NCBI GenBank assembly: GCA_965228855.1
Contig: CBDDIJ010000002.1
Coordinates: 1,920,001-1,984,000, forward strand
Length of the DNA: 64,000 nucleotides
Direction of reading: 5' to 3'
DNA from: Candidatus Obscuribacterales bacterium
GTDB lineage: Bacteria > Cyanobacteriota > Vampirovibrionia > Obscuribacterales > Obscuribacteraceae
Positions 1 through 8,972 of the stretch are shown here, in pieces. The position numbers and the translations under genes were made by a program. Position 1 is the stretch's first letter. Each line of letters starts with the position of its first letter. The notes below the pieces were generated by a model, which was not told the DNA's origin, searched no databases, and was given only the letters and a program-made list of their open reading frames with translations.

Positions 1-1160
1 TCGGCGCTCGCGACGCCCGTGTCCGGGTGCTGGCTGCCCAATAGAGCCTCGCGGATGGTCAGACAATTCGTCAATGCGTTCGCGGCTTTCTTGTAATCTT
101 TCTGCGCATCGTACAGCTTGCCAAGGTATTCGTAGGTGTCTGCAACGTCTTTGTGATTTCGCGGTAATCTGGCTAGTTGTATCTTCAACGCTGATTGCAA
201 GTAGCGATCTGCGCTTTTGTAGTCGCCCTCGTTGAGAGCAATTGCGCCGAGACCGGTGAGGCTCTTAGCGACAAGCGGGTGATTGGAGCCCAGCTTCTTT
301 TCCCGCACGGCCAATGCTTGTTTAAACAACGGCAATGCTTCCGCTTCCCTTCCGGTAACTCGGTATAAACCTGCTAGATCGTTTAAATCAGTGGCCGTAT
401 CCGGATGTGTGGCGCCGAGCGCTGCTATGTCCATTTCCAAAGCGCGTTTATAACAACTCTCGGCTTCCTTGTATTTACCTGTGTCTCGATAGATCGTTCC
501 CATGTTGATGAGAATGCTGGAAGTGGCGACGTCATTTTTGCCAAGCGCCTTTTCCTTCAGCGCAAGCGCTTCTCTGTAGTATTTGTTTGCTTTCTCAAAG
601 CGAGCAGTGTCGCGGTAAACCTTTGCCAACCCGTTTAGAAAGGCAGCACGTCTTGGATCCTGGGGCTCCTTTATATTCTCGTCCCAGAGACGCAACGCCT
701 TTGTGTAGCAAATCTCCGATTCTTTGAACTTTGATTGATCGCGCAGGACCAGAGCCAGCCCGTTGTAGCTAAGTGGAATTTCTTTTCGATTTTTCTTCAA
801 CTGGGATTCAGTTGTTTTGACAAGAAATCGAAAGTAATTTTCCGAGCTAGCGTAGTCCGCGGTCACGCGCTTGAGTTCAGCCATATTGTTAATGGCGCTC
901 AGGTATCTTGTATCTGCGATCCCATACTTCTCGGAATGAGCGATTGCTTGTCGAAATGATTTTTCGGCTTGTGGGTAGTTGCCGGCCTCGAACGCTTGCT
1001 TGCCGTCACCGATTGCGGTGTAGAAGGGAACGCTATCCAGGATGTAGAACCCTGCCACCACCGATGATATCGCGATGACGCATCTTTGATACCACTTGTA
1101 TTTCTTGCTTTCTACAATGGACTTGAAGATTGCTTGAGCGCGCTTGAGTTTCTCTTTCAT
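1..1160 (-). CDS. Tetratricopeptide repeat protein (kinesin-light-chain-like TPR) with N-terminal membrane anchor; 3' end runs off the window
   Basis: Hand-translated from ATG at 1160: MKEKLKRAQAIFK...CVIAISSVVAGFYILD (hydrophobic), then repeats such as LNGLAKVYRDTARFEKANKYYREALALKEKALG and ALGATHPDTATDLNDLAGLYR. Missing from the ORF track, presumably because it is truncated. Confidence 0.85.
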   Translation of the reverse strand, partial: MKEKLKRAQAIFKSIVESKKYKWYQRCVIAISSVVAGFYILDSVPFYTAIGDGKQAFEAGNYPQAEKSFRQAIAHSEKYGIADTRYLSAINNMAELKRVTADYASSENYFRFLVKTTESQLKKNRKEIPLSYNGLALVLRDQSKFKESEICYTKALRLWDENIKEPQDPRRAAFLNGLAKVYRDTARFEKANKYYREALALKEKALGKNDVATSSILINMGTIYRDTGKYKEAESCYKRALEMDIAALGATHPDTATDLNDLAGLYRVTGREAEALPLFKQALAVREKKLGSNHPLVAKSLTGLGAIALNEGDYKSADRYLQSALKIQLARLPRNHKDVADTYEYLGKLYDAQKDYKKAANALTNCLTIREALLGSQHPDTGVASA

Positions 1161-1260
1161 GCGAAATCCAATCAAAAACCGCACGACAGGTCGTGAAAGG
1201 CAGTCTGTTCTACGGTTTTTGTACTAAGGTTTTGGAAAGGCGGCTAAGTCCGCCTGCAAC

Positions 1261-1289
1261 AGACTAAGTGTTGAATTGGTTGAAGTCAA
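1261..1289 (-). promoter_or_regulatory. Putative sigma70 promoter of the TPR gene
   Basis: Minus strand TTGACT-17 nt-TAGTCT, about 100 nt upstream of the ATG at 1160. Confidence 0.45.
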
Positions 1290-1362
1290 GCGGGGTAAAC
1301 CCTGAGGTCGTTTATGTTTAAGAAACTCGGCATCCTGAGTCTGAATGAACGGTGTCAGGGCA

Positions 1363-2676
1363 TCATGAGACGCCCGCTCGCATCGAGTTTGATGCAGCAG
1401 CCAATTGTCGGGAATGAGCGCCGACTGTCAGCGGGCTTGTTAAAGCAACGCATTCTGTTTCCTCCTGCAGTGAGATAAATTGGTCATGAAGAAGTTGGGT
1501 CGCGCGACTAGAGTCGGCTTCATCTATGAGAATTGAAATGGTCGACTCGCTGCTTGAATAGAGTCGCGGTTCAATTCTTGCGGAATTCAGGGTGGCAATT
1601 GCGCGCGAGCGAATCTCAGGAGCATTACCGATTCCCGCACCGACGAGACTAACTCTAGTGACGTTCAAATCAATGAGAACGTCTTTTGCGCCGCACTGAT
1701 TTTTCAAGTCCTCCAGAATCGTTCTAAAGATTGCTTCATCGGAATATCTCAATGAAAGCTGCACGCAGCGCGTGTTTTCGCAAGACCCTTTGCCTTGGGA
1801 AACACTGTCGACGATTATGTTGTCGCGAATGAAGAGAGTTTCGCATTCGGTGAGGAACGAGAACTGCCAGGGAATATCGATGAATGATACGTATGCTTGA
1901 TGCGAGTCTAATGCGACTCCTTTGACTCTACAAACCTTTTCCACGTTACTGTCTCCTGTAATGAGAGTGCCCGGATTGTCCGGTTTAAAAGTATTTCTGA
2001 CACGCAGCTTGATGCTGAAATCTCTGGCGAGTTCTGCAGCGCGTGGATGCAGTACCTGAGCGCCTGCTCGTGCGAGTTCAATTGTTTCCGAGTACGATAT
2101 GGTGTCGAGCAATTCCGCTTGTTGAAATTTGTTAGGGTCGGTCGTGAATATTCCATCCACGTCCGTGTAGATGTGGCATTCATCAGCACCTGCGGCAGCA
2201 GCCAGGGCTACGGCGGAAGTATCGGAACCGCCGCGACCGAGTGTTGTAATTTCGCCGCAATCGCTTTGTCCTTGAAACCCGGCCACAACGATCACGTCGT
2301 GCTCATCGAGAGCGGCACGAATTGAGCCTTTGCATATATCAACGATGCGAGCGCAACTGTGGATATTGTCGGTTTTAATTCCGATTTGGGCTCCGGTAAA
2401 TGACTTAGCTTTTATTCCGCGTTCCTGTAACGCAATAGTCAGAAGTGCGATGGAAACTTGTTCACCGGTCGAGAGCAGAAGGTCTACTTCGCGCTTGTTG
2501 GGTGTCGTTGAGATTCGTTTGGCCAGATCGTACAGATAGTCCGTTGTATCGCCCATCGCCGATACAACTACTACGCATTTATTTTTCTGTTTGGAAACGA
2601 TGTCTACAACGTGATTGATGCGTCCGATGTTTTTGACGGATGTGCCACCAAATTTGAGAACCGAAATCTTGCTCAT
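1363..2676 (-). CDS. lysC: Aspartate kinase
   Basis: VLKFGGTSV, VVVVSAMGDTTD, TTLGRGGSDTSA, YTDVDG motifs and C-terminal ACT region. Start moved to ATG 2676 (AGGAGG RBS overlapping the metB stop). Confidence 0.95.
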   Translation of the reverse strand: MSKISVLKFGGTSVKNIGRINHVVDIVSKQKNKCVVVVSAMGDTTDYLYDLAKRISTTPNKREVDLLLSTGEQVSIALLTIALQERGIKAKSFTGAQIGIKTDNIHSCARIVDICKGSIRAALDEHDVIVVAGFQGQSDCGEITTLGRGGSDTSAVALAAAAGADECHIYTDVDGIFTTDPNKFQQAELLDTISYSETIELARAGAQVLHPRAAELARDFSIKLRVRNTFKPDNPGTLITGDSNVEKVCRVKGVALDSHQAYVSFIDIPWQFSFLTECETLFIRDNIIVDSVSQGKGSCENTRCVQLSLRYSDEAIFRTILEDLKNQCGAKDVLIDLNVTRVSLVGAGIGNAPEIRSRAIATLNSARIEPRLYSSSESTISILIDEADSSRATQLLHDQFISLQEETECVALTSPLTVGAHSRQLAAASNSMRAGVS

Positions 2677-2684
2677 CGCTCCTC

Positions 2685-3953
2685 CTATTTTGTTTGCACG
2701 AGTGCACGTTCGACTGTGCGAGTTTCCAGCTTCGAATTCACGTCTGTGCTTTTGTTGGTCAGGCTTTGCTGATTGCATGGTGAACCGGAGAGCGCCTGGT
2801 CGAGATCGGCGATCAAGTCTTCGGCTTCTTCGATGCCGGGCGATAGACGAATTAATCCGTCCACGATGCCGCAGTGTTCTCGGATCTCTTTCGGTATCGG
2901 TTTGTGCGTCATCGTTGCTGGATGGCAGATAAGCGATTTAACTCCGCCAAGGCTTTCTGCCAGTTGGAATAAGTTCGTCGAGCTGACCGTGTTTGCCGCG
3001 AAATCAATTCCGCCTTTAACGACGAAAGAAACCATTCCGCCGAAACCGCTCATCTGTTTCGCTGCGAGTTCGTGCTGCGGGTGGCTTGTTAAGCCGGGGT
3101 AGTGAACTGTTTCGACATTCGGATGCGATTCCAGGAACTTCGCTATCGCGAATGCGTTTCGTTCATGCTCTCTCATGCGTAGTTTCAGAGTCTTTAATCC
3201 GCGAAGGACAAGGAAGCAATCGAATGGTCCGGGAACCGCTCCAACAGCGTTGTTGTGGTATTGCAATCGTTCATAAAGATCATCGCTCGATGTGACGATG
3301 GCACCGCCAATGACATCACTATGTCCGCCCAGGTATTTTGTGGTGCTATGAATTATGACGTCGGCGCCAAGTTCCAGTGGTCTTTGGAAATAGGGAGTAG
3401 CAAAAGTGTTATCGACGGCAAGGCGCAGCCCATTTGCATGACAGAGATCGGCGATCGTTCTCACATCAGCTAATCGAAGCAATGGATTCGTCGGTGTTTC
3501 GATCCAGACCAATCGAGTTTTTTCGTTTATAGCCTGTTCAATTTCTTCTATGTTGCGTGCGTTTACGTAAGTGAATGATAAACCGTAGCGTGTTAAAACT
3601 TGCTCGAATAGCCTGTAGACGCCACCATAGACATCCTCTCCCACGATGACGTGATCGCCTGCCGACAGCAGATTTGTAACGGTATAAGCGGCGGATAGTC
3701 CGGACGCGGACGCAAGTGCGTACTTTGCGTTTTCCAGTGACGCAATACATTGTTCCAATGCGGTTCTTGTCGGATTGTGCGTGCGAGCGTATTGATACCC
3801 TTTGTTTACTCCAAGTTCGTCGAGAACGAATGTGGAAGTTTGAAATATCGGTGTGTTTAGTGCTCCTGTGCTTGGATCTGCGTCTTGACCGGCATGAATA
3901 GCGCGGGTTGAGAACTGCTGCTGGTTATTGGGATATTGATTGTAAACACTCAT
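2685..3953 (-). CDS. metB: Cystathionine gamma-synthase/lyase (Cys/Met metabolism PLP enzyme)
   Basis: STRAIHAG, YARTHNPT, ETPTNP, DNTFATP, HSTTKYLGGHSD (PLP lysine), LAESLGG. AGGAG RBS. Synthase versus lyase activity cannot be resolved by eye. Confidence 0.9.
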   Translation of the reverse strand: MSVYNQYPNNQQQFSTRAIHAGQDADPSTGALNTPIFQTSTFVLDELGVNKGYQYARTHNPTRTALEQCIASLENAKYALASASGLSAAYTVTNLLSAGDHVIVGEDVYGGVYRLFEQVLTRYGLSFTYVNARNIEEIEQAINEKTRLVWIETPTNPLLRLADVRTIADLCHANGLRLAVDNTFATPYFQRPLELGADVIIHSTTKYLGGHSDVIGGAIVTSSDDLYERLQYHNNAVGAVPGPFDCFLVLRGLKTLKLRMREHERNAFAIAKFLESHPNVETVHYPGLTSHPQHELAAKQMSGFGGMVSFVVKGGIDFAANTVSSTNLFQLAESLGGVKSLICHPATMTHKPIPKEIREHCGIVDGLIRLSPGIEEAEDLIADLDQALSGSPCNQQSLTNKSTDVNSKLETRTVERALVQTK

Positions 3954-3981
3954 TGGCGTAACTCCTGTGTGTGTGAATGCG

Positions 3982-4015
3982 AAAAAACGCCCCCTCTCAT
4001 CCGAGAGGGGGCGTT
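3982..4015 (-). terminator. Intrinsic terminator (attenuator) in the metB-lysC leader
   Basis: Minus strand AACGCCCCCTCTC-GGAT-GAGAGGGGGCGTT-TTTT: a perfect 13-bp stem plus U tract, about 30 nt upstream of the metB ATG. Confidence 0.9.
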
Positions 4016-4043
4016 GAAGTTCTTGATTCTGTTAGCTAATTTC

Positions 4044-4127
4044 TTATGCTATAAACCGTGAACAGCAACGCCACCCTCTCGCGGAGGGCATTTGCATTGC
4101 CATAGACATAGTCACGTGTTTTTGCAT
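4044..4127 (-). CDS. Met-rich attenuator leader peptide, 27 aa (MQKHVTMSMAMQMPSARGWRCCSRFIA)
   Basis: ATG 4127 to TAA 4044, with Met at codons 7, 9, 11, 13 and Cys-Cys at 21-22. It overlaps a segment complementary to the terminator 5' arm. Confidence 0.75.
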   Translation of the reverse strand: MQKHVTMSMAMQMPSARGWRCCSRFIA

Positions 4128-4133
4128 GCCACC

Positions 4134-4161
4134 ATTATGGTCGAACGAAATACTTTGTCAA
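4134..4161 (-). promoter_or_regulatory. sigma70-type promoter for the leader-metB-lysC transcript
   Basis: Minus strand TTGACA-16 nt-CATAAT, then 6 nt and the leader ATG, so the predicted +1 is at or next to the A of ATG. Confidence 0.75.
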
Positions 4162-4260
4162 AGGTTAGCGCGCTCTATGTAACGTTGCTGCAATCTCGTT
4201 CCATATGTATGCAATTTCGATCTGGTTTCAAGATTCGACTTGCTGATGAACTGCAGCAGT

Positions 4261-6570
4261 CTAGAGTTTGGACTGAGCTGAGATAATGAAGTCCATTGGA
4301 TCCTTGTCTTCACTTTTGAGTGACGTAGCATTTATACACTCTGTCATCAATCCGCATTTTGGAAGAGCTGCGCGAATTCGAGCCTCGGTCGCCTCGGTCA
4401 TGTTGCTGTAGAGAATGCCTGTTTGACTCAGTTTTCGCAGGCTGAGCAGAGTATGGTAAATCGCCTTCTCTGATGCTTTGATGTGACTGAGGTGTAGTGC
4501 CTCCAACTTTTTCAGCTTACTAATTACTTCCAGATCGTTATCATCGAGTGGAATGCCTCCCAGGCTGAGCTGCTGCAGATTGGGGCATTTTGCTATTAGG
4601 GGCACGGTCGCGCGTGTTGTTTTTGTGCCGCTCAACCCCAGGGCTTTCATTTTGGCGCCTTTTTTAGTTGCCACCAATTCGACCGTTCTATCCGTAATTT
4701 CCGGACAATCATTCAATTGTAGGTCGTTCAGTTTCGGAAGTGACAGGAGCTTTTCTACGCAATCATCATCACAGGGCGTTGAGTTTAGTACGATACCTTC
4801 AAGTGTTCGACATCCGCTGAGCACTTTGATACCGTTCCTGGTGATATCGGTGACGCCGACGCTCAAGAATTTGAGCTTCGGAAAGCGGCATAGTTCTGCC
4901 ACGACTTCAGGGCTAATATTTTTGCAGTTATCCAAATAAAGCGACTGAAGATTTTTCATCTTCTTGAGCTTTCGAACTTTTGCGAGGGTGATGTTGGTAT
5001 CTTGCAGCGCCAGCTTTTCAATGTTATCCAGCTTGACCAGTTCTGCGAAGCCCGCGTCAGTCAGGTTTGTCGCTGACAGGTCCAGGATTGTCACATTTGG
5101 CGTTCTCAGGTACTTCAATCCGGTTCCAGTTATGGAAGTGTGGTTCAAACTTACTGGAAGAATTTTGTCTTTGTATGTGTAATTCTGGAAGCAAACCAAT
5201 TCTTCATCTCTAAGCAATGTCGAGTTGTACGGCGTATAGTGCTGCTTTGGTGAACGCTCCATGTAATCAGAGTCGCCGCTAGAGTGAAAGAAACTGCTTA
5301 TTTTTTTTGGTTTTTCTGTTATCGGTTTGATCTTGATTGACTCTATGTCGTCCATCCCCGACGTCTCTACTTTTGCGCTCTTTATCGACTTGTCGTGACG
5401 TTTGAATCCGGAGGCGGCTTTAGCTGCCCCGCTATGAGGATCGTGTAGGACAAATGCTGCAAGCCCAAACGCCGCCGCGAGAATTCCGCCGACCGCGACA
5501 ACTGGAAGGGCGGCATGGATGACTCTCAGCGTCATGAATACTTTGTCGCGCTTCGTCGACTCGGTCTTTGCACCACCGGCAGTGCTATCCGGTTTCGCTT
5601 CCAAATCGTGCTTCACTCGCGAAAGCGTCTCCCTGACTTCGATGACACTTTGTGGGCGATCCTTCGGATTTTTCGAAAGCATCGAGTCAAGCAAACGATC
5701 CAGCTGATCGGGAATTTCCCATGCGGGTGCCAGTTCCGAAAGTAGTGGCGGCTGTTGATCAATGTGCTGGCGAAGCAGGTCAAAAATATCTTCGCTGTAA
5801 AACGGGGTCTCGCCGGCTATCATTCGAAAGGCGATACAGGCTAAACCGTAAATGTCGGAGCGTTCGTCACCCAGTCGACCTTGCGCCTGTTCCGGACTGA
5901 TGAACAGCGGGCTCCCGATTGCGGCTCCTGTATCTGTTCGTGATTTCTCCTGGTCGGGATCTTTTGCAAGACCGAAGTCCACTACAACCGCAAGCGGTTC
6001 CGTATCAAAATTTTGCACCATTATATTCGACGTCTTCAGATCTCGATGAGCGATGCTCTTTGAATGCGCGCTCTTTAATCCGTCGCAGATCTGAATCATT
6101 AGATTGAGCGCCAGAGGCAGGGGCAGGCGCCCTTCTTGTTCAATAATTTCGTCAAGACTTTTTCCGTCGACGAAACTCATAATAAGGTAGGCTCGATTCT
6201 TGTGAGTCTTGCCAAAGTTGAGAATCGAAACCAGGTTTGGATGATCTAGCTTGGCGGCGGACTTTGCTTCCTTTTGAAAGCTGATCAAGCCGCGTTCATC
6301 TATATGGCGTAAAACCTTGATAGCGACTCGCTTGTCAAGGTTGCTGTCGTGTGCGCTGAATACTGATGCCGTGGCGCCGCTGGAAATGTAGGTAATATCG
6401 CTGTATCGAGAACCTAGAGCTGACGCGACATCGTCAGGCATCTGGTTTGAATTGAGGCTTTTGATAGCTCTCAAAGTGGGATTCCTCGGGGCTCTAGGGA
6501 TTCGAATGCATGGTCGCAGCCGAGCAAAGCTCTTGCGAATACGCAATGCTGTACCAGAAATATATTCCAC
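4261..6570 (-). CDS. Ser/Thr (Hanks) protein kinase with TM helix and C-terminal leucine-rich repeats
   Basis: VAIK, HRDLKTSN, DFG, SPEQ, DIYGL motifs; TM ALPVVAVGGILAAAFGLAAFVL; LxxLxLxxT-type repeats. True start probably downstream (for example ATG 6441). Confidence 0.9.
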   Translation of the reverse strand: MEYISGTALRIRKSFARLRPCIRIPRAPRNPTLRAIKSLNSNQMPDDVASALGSRYSDITYISSGATASVFSAHDSNLDKRVAIKVLRHIDERGLISFQKEAKSAAKLDHPNLVSILNFGKTHKNRAYLIMSFVDGKSLDEIIEQEGRLPLPLALNLMIQICDGLKSAHSKSIAHRDLKTSNIMVQNFDTEPLAVVVDFGLAKDPDQEKSRTDTGAAIGSPLFISPEQAQGRLGDERSDIYGLACIAFRMIAGETPFYSEDIFDLLRQHIDQQPPLLSELAPAWEIPDQLDRLLDSMLSKNPKDRPQSVIEVRETLSRVKHDLEAKPDSTAGGAKTESTKRDKVFMTLRVIHAALPVVAVGGILAAAFGLAAFVLHDPHSGAAKAASGFKRHDKSIKSAKVETSGMDDIESIKIKPITEKPKKISSFFHSSGDSDYMERSPKQHYTPYNSTLLRDEELVCFQNYTYKDKILPVSLNHTSITGTGLKYLRTPNVTILDLSATNLTDAGFAELVKLDNIEKLALQDTNITLAKVRKLKKMKNLQSLYLDNCKNISPEVVAELCRFPKLKFLSVGVTDITRNGIKVLSGCRTLEGIVLNSTPCDDDCVEKLLSLPKLNDLQLNDCPEITDRTVELVATKKGAKMKALGLSGTKTTRATVPLIAKCPNLQQLSLGGIPLDDNDLEVISKLKKLEALHLSHIKASEKAIYHTLLSLRKLSQTGILYSNMTEATEARIRAALPKCGLMTECINATSLKSEDKDPMDFIISAQSKL

Positions 6571-6827
6571 GGGTATATCGGTTTTTCGCGTCTAAATTCT
6601 GCTCGAAATCCAGAAGAGGCAAGGGCGCCCGGATTTCGATCATTAAACTTTCACGCAGCGTTAAGACCACAACGTTTAGTTGAATAAAGACTACGAGCCA
6701 GTCGCCTATTTACTACCAAATGTGATCGACTGTGTGATGAGGAACGGTCACTTTCGTAAACGTAACCGACATGCGGTAAAACGTCGATCCGGCTACCGAG
6801 GCTCAACCATTCGAGTTCACGGTGCGT

Positions 6828-8972
6828 TCACTCGGGCTGTATCATCTCCAGGCAGTCTTCGACGTTATCACCACTTTTGGGTTTGTTGCCCGGCGTCATA
6901 AACATGCAGTCTCGCCATCGTCTGCGAAGTTCGTCTACGGACTCTGTCGGCGCATCTATTGAAAGCATGAAAATTTTGCGCATGTTTTTCAGCTTGTATA
7001 AGTGAGCAATCCCATTCGCGGAACACATTACTTTTCCGATGTACAGGTATTTTAGTTCGGGAAGATCTCCGAAAATTTTCATCTGCTCATCACCGATTAC
7101 CACTCCTGGTATCTCAATGAATGACAGCCTTTTGCATTTAGCCAGGCAGGCAAGATCTTCAGGTTGTGTGTTGGTAGCACCAAATCCGATGAGCTGAAGA
7201 TTTGGAAGTGCAGTCGTAATTGCGTTTAGCGTTTTGCCCGTCAATTTTTCGCAGCGATTCAAGCGAACATCGATTAGATGTGGCAACTTGAAAAGCGGCT
7301 CTATTCCTGCGTCCGTGAGGTCGGCTCCGTCAAGTTGAACAGTGACTAGGTTGGTGCATTTTGTCAGACAGGCTGCACCTTTATCGGTAACCTTCGATTT
7401 CTTATCGCGCGCGACAAGGACGAGCAGAGATTTGATTTTTGAAACCTCTTCCATCATCTCATCATTCAAGTTTGGATTGGTGTCGAGGCCCAGTTCCATC
7501 AACTTGGGCAGGCGAGACAGCAGGCGCATTTCCTTCGCGCTCACCTTCGTACTTGCCAGAGTCACTGCATGCAAATTGTTCAAGCTCGCGAGAGTCTCGT
7601 ACCCGATAGGTTGTAGGTTTGTGTAATTGAGCTCCAGGCAGAGGTTTGGAATATGTGCCAGATATTTGAGACCCTCTCCGGTTATATTGGAGGCAAAGCT
7701 CAAATTGATGTTGGATGTTGGAAGGGCTTGGCCGTCTAAAACTTCTAGATCTGCATCTGTTAAACTGCCGGCGTCTTTTGCCGCAAGTTGGTCCCAGTCC
7801 AGATGACTCATGAATACAGCGTTTTCGAAACGAAACAAGCGGTCAAGTTTCTCGGCTTTTGTTTCCACCTTAGTTGCTTCTGCAGGTTTTCCCTCTAGTA
7901 ATTTATATGCGATTAAACCAAGTACTGATACTACCAGTAGTGCCCCTGCAATTATCGGTATGATAAACTTGGAACGTTTTCGCCGGTTGACTGGTGTGTG
8001 TGCGATCCGGAGCAGGGGCGCTTGTCCCGCTGCAGGCTGTGCCAGGCGCTGACGTTGAATTTCAAGCAAAGCTTCTCTTACTTCTTTGATAGATTGAAAC
8101 CGATCAGCCGGATCTTTTTCAAGCATTTGATCGAGTAAAGGTTGAAGTAAAGGATCGAAATGCAGATGTGGTGCGGCGTCTGTGAGTCGCGGTGGATTAT
8201 CTTCAATGTGCTGACGGAGAAGATCGAACAAATCATCCGACTCGAAAACATATTTACCGGTGATCGCTCGAAAAATGATGCACCCAAATGAGTAGATATC
8301 TGAGCGTTCATCTCCGTGTAATCCCTTCGCCTGTTCGGGACTTATGAATCGAGGCGTACCGCGTAACTTTCCGCTGGACGAACCCTGTCTGGTTTTGTCC
8401 TGCGGTTTTCGTTCTCTTGCTAAACCGAAGTCGACAACAACTGCGTTCACTCCGTCGGTTCCAAAGTTTTGAATGATTATGTTGGATGTTTTCAAATCTC
8501 TGTGTGCAATTTTTTTTCTGTGCGAATGAATCATTCCTTCGCAGATTTGCAAGAAGATTGGTAGCGCGACATCGAATTTGAGAGGACCGCGCTCTTCAAG
8601 CAGATCCTCGAACTCAACTCCTTCCACGAAATCCATAATCAGATAAGCATGGTTTTTCGGCGTGATACCAAAGTTCAGCGTCGCCACTAGATTGCGATGA
8701 TCGAGTTTGCAGGCGGTTTTTGCTTCGTGCTGGAAGTTCATCAGCCGATGCTCGTCAGCGTTCGACAATAGTTTAATAGCAACGCGTTTATCGAGATTTC
8801 TATCCAGCGCGCTAAACACGGAGCTGGTCGCGCCACTCGAAATATATTCTATGTTTGCGAAACGCCCCTCTCCAAGCGCATCGAGCACATCTTGCGGCAA
8901 TTCGCGCTGGTTGAAAACCTCTTCTGTCGCTGAAGCCGTTGGTTCGATATTTGAATTTTGTTCCGCGTTCAT
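6828..8972 (-). CDS. Ser/Thr protein kinase with TM helix and C-terminal LRRs
   Basis: VAIK, HRDLKTSN, DFG, GTPRFISPEQ, DIYSFG; TM FIIPIIAGALLVVSVLGLIAY; LRRs. Confidence 0.92.
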   Translation of the reverse strand: MNAEQNSNIEPTASATEEVFNQRELPQDVLDALGEGRFANIEYISSGATSSVFSALDRNLDKRVAIKLLSNADEHRLMNFQHEAKTACKLDHRNLVATLNFGITPKNHAYLIMDFVEGVEFEDLLEERGPLKFDVALPIFLQICEGMIHSHRKKIAHRDLKTSNIIIQNFGTDGVNAVVVDFGLARERKPQDKTRQGSSSGKLRGTPRFISPEQAKGLHGDERSDIYSFGCIIFRAITGKYVFESDDLFDLLRQHIEDNPPRLTDAAPHLHFDPLLQPLLDQMLEKDPADRFQSIKEVREALLEIQRQRLAQPAAGQAPLLRIAHTPVNRRKRSKFIIPIIAGALLVVSVLGLIAYKLLEGKPAEATKVETKAEKLDRLFRFENAVFMSHLDWDQLAAKDAGSLTDADLEVLDGQALPTSNINLSFASNITGEGLKYLAHIPNLCLELNYTNLQPIGYETLASLNNLHAVTLASTKVSAKEMRLLSRLPKLMELGLDTNPNLNDEMMEEVSKIKSLLVLVARDKKSKVTDKGAACLTKCTNLVTVQLDGADLTDAGIEPLFKLPHLIDVRLNRCEKLTGKTLNAITTALPNLQLIGFGATNTQPEDLACLAKCKRLSFIEIPGVVIGDEQMKIFGDLPELKYLYIGKVMCSANGIAHLYKLKNMRKIFMLSIDAPTESVDELRRRWRDCMFMTPGNKPKSGDNVEDCLEMIQPE

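Noticed and set aside
2677..2778. ORF-track N-terminal extension of lysC overlapping metB
   Set aside because: A strong RBS and the family N-terminus place the start at 2676. Similar over-extensions affect sufD, the GH57 gene, DUF167, Spy, DUF4350, rnc and nuoI.
4060..4085. GGGTGG before a terminator, suggesting a T-box or SAM riboswitch
   Set aside because: There is no UGGNACC bulge and no room for T-box stem I between promoter and terminator, and I see no SAM-I core. The leader-peptide model explains the elements better.
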